A DNA stretch of 64,000 bases from Cyanophora paradoxa CCMP329 (taxonomy: Eukaryota > Plantae > Glaucophyta), in assembly GCA_004431415.1 (NCBI GenBank), contig QPMI01000395.1, forward strand, positions 620,001-684,000. Direction: 5' to 3'. Below the pieces are notes generated by a model. It did no database searches. It was given only the letters and a program-made list of their open reading frames with translations, and was not told where the DNA came from. This document shows positions 58,525 through 64,000 of this stretch, in pieces (position 1 is the stretch's first letter; each line of letters starts with the position of its first letter). The position numbers and the translations under genes were made by a program.

Positions 58525-60701
58525 GGCCGGCCGCTGCTCCGGGCCTAGGCTAGGGACTAGGGGATCATCCGATCCTGTAAGGGGCCAGCCGCCGCTCTAG
58601 ATCTGCAGGCGGGCAAGATGATTATAATGACGAATTCGAAGCGCTAGGGCGAAGCGGGAGTGTTTGCGAATGCAACGCACCGGCAGCGGGGCCGGTCGCG
58701 GGGCACGAAGCCGGATGCGCTGCTCGCGCTAGACCTTCGAGTTCTGCGCGCCGAATCAGGATGCGCAGTTGGCGCTGCGGGCGCCAGCGCCGGCGCCTGC
58801 CAGAGCGCTCGCCGTGCGCCACGCGGTACGTATACACGCGGCTGCCTCCCGGCGCACCGGGACGTAGGATGTGCCTGTGCCGCCTTTGCTCCTGCGTGCA
58901 CGCCGCGTCAAGAGCACGAGGGCCAGCTGCAGGCCAGGCCTACAACTAGGCCTAGGCCTAGGACGCTGCACGGCCGGCGCCGCGGACGAGGGACTTGATC
59001 TACGCGCGGGAGTTTCGAGCGCGCTCACCAAACCATGTTCATTGGACGCGTCGTCTCTACTCCTGCGCGCGCGGACGCCGCGTCAAGAGCTGGGCGCGGC
59101 GAGCGCGGAGCTGGATCCGGAGCGCATCATGCGCGGCGGCTGCATACCTCGCGCGGACTCCGAAGGCCCGCTGGTCATTCGTAAATGCGCTAAGATGACC
59201 GATAGCACCGCCGGCTCGCTCCCGCGGCCCGCCCGCTTTCCACGCTCGCCGTCGTACGCGCCGGCGGCGGGCCGCGGTTGCTCGGGCTGTGCCCGAACTC
59301 TTCTATAGATCTACGGGACCGCGGATGATCGCGGCGGAAAGCTTCAGCGGGGGAGGCTCGTGTACCCATGCGAGCTGCAAAGTCTCAGCAGCGAAGAAGC
59401 GAAGGCCGCGAAGCCACGCGTACGAGCCGCAAGCTTCAAGCAAGTCGCAGGTGTATCGTTCACATTCTTGGATCGAGACCTGATCATGAGACTGATTGTG
59501 ATTGCCTGTGTGATTCGCGCAGGCACCTTCTGGCCGCCGCGATGCGCACCTATACGGGCGGGCGGGCTCACGCTTCACGCTCGATCGGTCCGCGCTCGCT
59601 CGGGGCGCCGCCGCGCCGCCCCCGGCGAGCAGTGCGAGCGCACCGCGTGCCCGCCCGCTTCGCGCGGGCAGACGCTTTCGGTGTGATCGTAGAATGCGTA
59701 GATTGCCGCGATGGCTCCCTCCGGCGGGTGGAAGCTGCGCTGCAGCGATCCGAGGTCGAATGAGCGCATTTCACCAGGCGCGGGAGCGTCGGAGTGCGCT
59801 CAAACCCCGCCCGATCACTTTCCCACGCTTCTTGGCTACGATTGACTCGGTTTTGGCCAGGCTCCGCCGCCATCAACCCCCACCCCCCCTCCTGGCGCTC
59901 CAGTACCCCCGCTACGCCCCCTGCCGACCCCGCCAGTCGATTCGCCGTGGTCGAATTGGTGGGAAGAAGCAACAACGGGATCGTGAATCGAACATGAGGC
60001 GCACCACTGGTGTACACGTACCCCCCCCCCCCCGAGCACCCATTCCGACCCGAAGACGAGCTCTATCGATCATGCGTCTGCGGGCCGCCGGGGTGGCTTG
60101 TACGGTTTTCCTCGCCGACCGCCCCCGCCCCCCTCCCCCCCTCTTCCCCCCTCCCCCCCTCCCCCTCCCCCTCCCTTCCCCTTCTCCAAGCCCGCCCCTC
60201 CCTCCCCCGCCTCCCCCTCCCCCTCCCCCGCCCCCCCGGCCCCGGCGCCCTGGTGCCCCTCGAGCCCTTCCACGCCTCGCGCGACACTAGAATTCCATAC
60301 CCCCTGGCGACCTAAAGATCCCCTCTGCCGACGCGTGCCGACGACGCTGCGCGCCCGTCGCTGGCTTGCCACCTGACGCCAGCGAGGAGCCGGCGTCGAC
60401 GCAGCGCGACCTGGGACCCGACGGGGGCCGACACTAGGGCCGCTGGCTCGCCGAGGTGTGTCCGGAAACCTGTGCAGCCGCACGCCCGCGCCCTCCCTCC
60501 CTCAGCCGACGCTCCGCAGAACCTCTTGCAACCGGCTGCCGGCCGGCCGAGGGCGGCCCGGCCGGGAAACGGGGGACCGGGGCGGGCGGCTCGACGGGGC
60601 GGCCTGACACGAGGCGCAGGCCTGCGAGCTCGAGACGACTCTGAAGGCCCGCCCCCCGCCCCGGCCCTCCTGGCCCGCCCCGGCTGCACTTGTCGGCTGA
60701 C

Positions 60702-61214
60702 GCGGCGGGGGCAGGCGGCGCTGGTCGGCCTCGGGGCGGACGCGATCGATCCCGAGGCGCGGACGACGCACGCGCTGCCCCGCATCGCCGACGCCCTCCT
60801 CGCCGCCCCCGCCCGGTGCGCACGCCGCCCCTGTGACAGCTCGCTTCGACTTGGAATCTCAGATCTGACGTTGCCCGCAGGCTGAGGGGCCAGGGCCTCG
60901 CCGCGCTGGCGGGGGCGGCGTCGCGCTTCGCGGGAGCGGTCGAGGGCGAGCGGGCGTGCCTGCGGGCCTTGTCGCCCGTCTACACGCGGGCGCGATACCC
61001 GGACCGCTGCGGGGGCCGCGCCCCCTGCGAGCACTTTGCGGGGCGCCGCGCGGAGGTCGAGGGGCACGTCGACGTCGCCCGCCGCGTCGCCGCCGCCGCC
61101 GCCGCCCTCGTCGCCGCCCTCGGGCCGCCGCCCTTGCTGTAATTATAAGCAGACATCGATATCATTGCAAGTCGCGTGAATCTGCATGTATCGTGTTGAA
61201 CGGCGGCTGATTTT
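60702..61214 (+). pseudogene. Inverted partial duplicate of the sacsin HEPN 3' exons, intron and 3' flank (uninterrupted 'empty site')
   Basis: Near-identical in reverse complement to 45451-45849, continuing into similarity with 17951-18081; retains the intron and a stop (…LGPPPLL*). Confidence 0.85.
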
Positions 61215-61555
61215 AAATGTATTTCCGCTTTTAATTTGTTGTATATGAGCACGTGCACGTGCACGCGGCCGGCGTCTCCTTCTAGATCTTCGCTTTAAAG
61301 CGCCATCCGCCATATATAGTCCGCCGGCGCCCGCGTGCACTCTCATCTGGCTGGTTACGTACGTATACGCCCCCTTAGCTGGGAGCACGATCGCGAGCTC
61401 ATCTGGCTGGTTACGTATACCGGTACCCCCCTGATAGATGAGCCGGAGCCTGAGCAAAGCCTGAGCCTTGCTCAGCTCGCGCGTTCGCGGCTGTGATAGC
61501 TGCTGTTGGTAGGCGCAACGCGCTTGATAGCAACACCGGTCAACACTGCCACAGG

Positions 61556-63241
61556 ATGTTGACGTCTGCGACCTCGCCCGAGCTAGGCGAGCTGAGCGAC
61601 GACATCCTGTGCATTATCATCGAGCGTGCGGGCTTCTACGCAGCATGGAGCTCACTTCGTCGCTGCTCGAGACGCCTGAAGGCTCTGGTGGAGAGCATCG
61701 AGTGGACAGCTGGTGGAGAATTGGCCATCTCGGTGGTGCGGCTGAAGCAGCTCGAGTGGCTGCGATCTCTGGTCGAAGCCGTGCCGCCGCGGCCGCGGCT
61801 GGTCGTTGACCGCGTACGGAAGCTTCGCCTGCATCTCCGCGACGGCTTCTGGGTCCCGGATTCCAGCTGCCCGCCGCCGCCACAACGTCGCCGAGCGCGT
61901 GGCGGCGGCAGCGGCAGTCGTTCGCGCCGTGGCGACGTCGACTTCGATGCCAAGCACGTGGCGGCGGCGGCAGCATTCGTCCGCGCCGTGGCGGAGCGGG
62001 CGCCCAGCCTTGTGGAAGCGCACGTCGGCGAGCTATGGACGGATTCCCGCATCGTCCCAATCCTGGACGCCCTGCAGCCGGCAGCCGACCGTCTTGAAGC
62101 TTTCAGCCTGAACATGTTCTCGGAGCGGCCGCGGATCGGCCTCTCCAACGGCAACGAGGCGACACGGGCAGCGCTCGAGCGCCTCCGCTTCCCGCGCCTG
62201 CAGTCCTTCTCCAGCAGCTTCGGAAATTCCGAGGTCTTGTCTCCGTGGGCCGTTGGAGCCATATTCCCCGGGCTCCGCCGGGTCGAGCTGGCGGTGATGT
62301 TCAACCTCGTCGACGAGTACCTCGGCGCCTTCGCGGGATGCGCCGCCCTCGAGAATCTTTCCCTCCGGGAGTCTGTAGACCGCGGGCCGGCGAACGACAA
62401 CCCCGTCGGCGGCTACGGCCTCAGGCGCCTCGCCGGCGGTCCCGCCGGCTCCAGCCTTCGCTCGCTCCGCCTGCAGAACCCGTGCGCTGTACCCCCCTTC
62501 CGCCCCCCCCCCCTCAAAGCTGACCGTGGCCGTGGCCGCCCCCTCCTCCTCCTTGGCAGGCCCAGCGAGAAGTACCAGCCGGTCCGCCTCGCCGCGGAGG
62601 CCGTGCGCGCCCTCCCGCTCTTCCCGAACCTCCGGCGCCTGTCCGGCCCCCTCGAGATCGGGTGCGCACTGTACCCCCCCTCCCTCTCCCCCCCCCACCC
62701 TCTGAGCGAACGCAGGCGCACGGTACCCCGCGACGCGATCGCCGCCCTGGCGACGATGCCCTCCCTCGAGCGGGCGGAGCTGGTCTTCCGCGTCGGCTCC
62801 GTGGGCGCCGTGGGAGCCGACCAGCTCCTCGGCCTCGCCGCCCTCGTCCGCTCCTCGCCCTCCCTCCGCTCCCTCCCCCTCCTCGTCGGTACCCCTGCTT
62901 GACCGCCCCCTCCGATTCGCAACGCCAGCTGACCCGTGACCCCGCGCGCCGCGGCGCCAGAGTGCGACGCGGAGACGCAGATCCCGGCCCTTCAGGAGCT
63001 GGCCGACGCCGCCCGCGGCGCCCCCGCGCTCCGGGTCGCCGCGCAGCTCACCTTCCGCGCCAAGCCGACCCCGAGGGCCGCCGGCGACCCCCTGGGCCGC
63101 CGTCTCCGCCAGCTCCGCGCCTCCCTCCCGCCCGGCCTCGAGCTCCAGCTGGAGCCGCCGGCGCCGCCGGCCCTCTCGGATTGCGGGCACTACCTCTATT
63201 ATGACCAGCCCGCGAAGAGGAAGCGGGACGCGGATCAGTAG
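61556..63241 (+). CDS. Host F-box-like protein with degenerate leucine-rich repeats (short introns in the 3' half)
   Basis: LGELSDDILCIII...LRRCSRRLKALV F-box-like start; FPRLQSF, FPGLRRVEL, CAALENLSL, FPNLRRL, MPSLERAEL and SPSLRSL repeats; basic tail KRKR. Confidence 0.7.
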
Positions 63242-63612
63242 GGAGTCCGTACTGGACTAGTACTGGTCTCCGCGCAGCTTCTCATGCTCCCAACTGTTGC
63301 TTTCTTCTGGGAGCATGTTCGGCTGTAATTCCCCTGCGCTGTAGTAGCGGCTGTACATGTTACAGTGTGCACGTGGCGATCATATGCGCATGCATTTGCG
63401 CATTCATTGCATTTTGCTGTACCCCATCCAAACTGTACCCCCCGTCAAATGACCCGGCGTCAGACCCGCCGGTCCCGGCGCCGGACCGGACCTCCAAATT
63501 AAACTCCGGGATCCGCATCTAATCCGCTGCAGCAGCAGCATCAGCAGCAGCAGAAGCCAGCGGCAGCAATGCGTGCAGCAACGACGACGCAGCATGCGCG
63601 GCTGTTGCAGAC

Positions 63613-64000
63613 CTACGCGGTTCGCGCTCCCCCTGCGCCCGCGCACGGTCTCAACATGCGCTGGCGTCCTCCCAGGGCGGGGTTCTCGCCTCCCGGAAAC
63701 GCGCCCTCGCCCTCATCGGGCGCTTCGAGCACCTCAGCATCTTCGCGGACCGGCGCCTCGTCTACATCTTCAGGCAGGGAGGCAACGTAGTGTGCATTCT
63801 TCCGCGGGCTCTCGCCTCCGAGCCGCGAGCGCACGTCTTCTTCCTGGAGCACGTCGACGCCGCCCAGGTTCCTCAGCTGGAGCTTCTGCATCTTCTCAAC
63901 GATGACATCGTCGGCTACGGTCGGCTTCCTGGATCCGACCAGAGTGCCCTCCGGGGAGACGGCCGGCCCCAGCCTGGCAGCCGGGTGGTCGTCGTCAAAG
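63613..64000 (-). CDS. Possible 3' part of a host gene running off the window edge
   Basis: Open frame with natural-looking composition (…VADDVIVEKMQKLQLRNLGGVDVLQEEDV…); no domain recognised. Confidence 0.35.
   Translation of the reverse strand, partial: FDDDHPAARLGPAVSPEGTLVGSRKPTVADDVIVEKMQKLQLRNLGGVDVLQEEDVRSRLGGESPRKNAHYVASLPEDVDEAPVREDAEVLEAPDEGEGAFPGGENPALGGRQRMLRPCAGAGGARTA

Noticed and set aside
58620-60450. Possible gene between the sacsin start and the HEPN duplicate
   Set aside because: Only short ORFs with no recognisable motif or consistent exon chain were found.

Overview
Eukaryotic, GC-rich, intron-containing host DNA (probably a protist or alga; not identifiable from sequence alone) carrying one complete endogenous Polinton/Maverick-like DNA virus at 18082-45450 (27,369 bp). 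The element has 1,688-bp terminal inverted repeats (TIRs) and a 6-bp target-site duplication (GCGGCG). It encodes a protein-primed PolB, a prim-pol/D5-type SF3 primase-helicase, an rve DDE integrase, an A32-like packaging ATPase, a probable double-jelly-roll major capsid protein, two divergent penton-like proteins, a putative homing-type endonuclease and a leftward cassette of phage-like fibre genes (H-type-lectin-like, C1q). It inserted into the last codons of a ~13-kb host sacsin-like gene with a C-terminal HEPN domain. An uninterrupted paralogous copy of that 3' end lies at ~60.7-61.2 kb and serves as an 'empty site'. The most unusual points are: (i) gene-free TIRs built from a terminal ~308-nt fold-back plus two families of iteron hairpins with the same geometry, one of which recurs right behind the primase-helicase gene; (ii) shared AT-rich upstream motifs resembling giant-virus promoters; (iii) a pPolB with an eroded proofreading domain; and (iv) an in-frame TGA splitting a membrane-anchored fibre gene. 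Other host genes are a SLIP-GC/dynamin-like GTPase, a secreted Ser/Pro-rich protein and an F-box-like/LRR-like protein. All family calls come from motif recognition by eye, not database searches.
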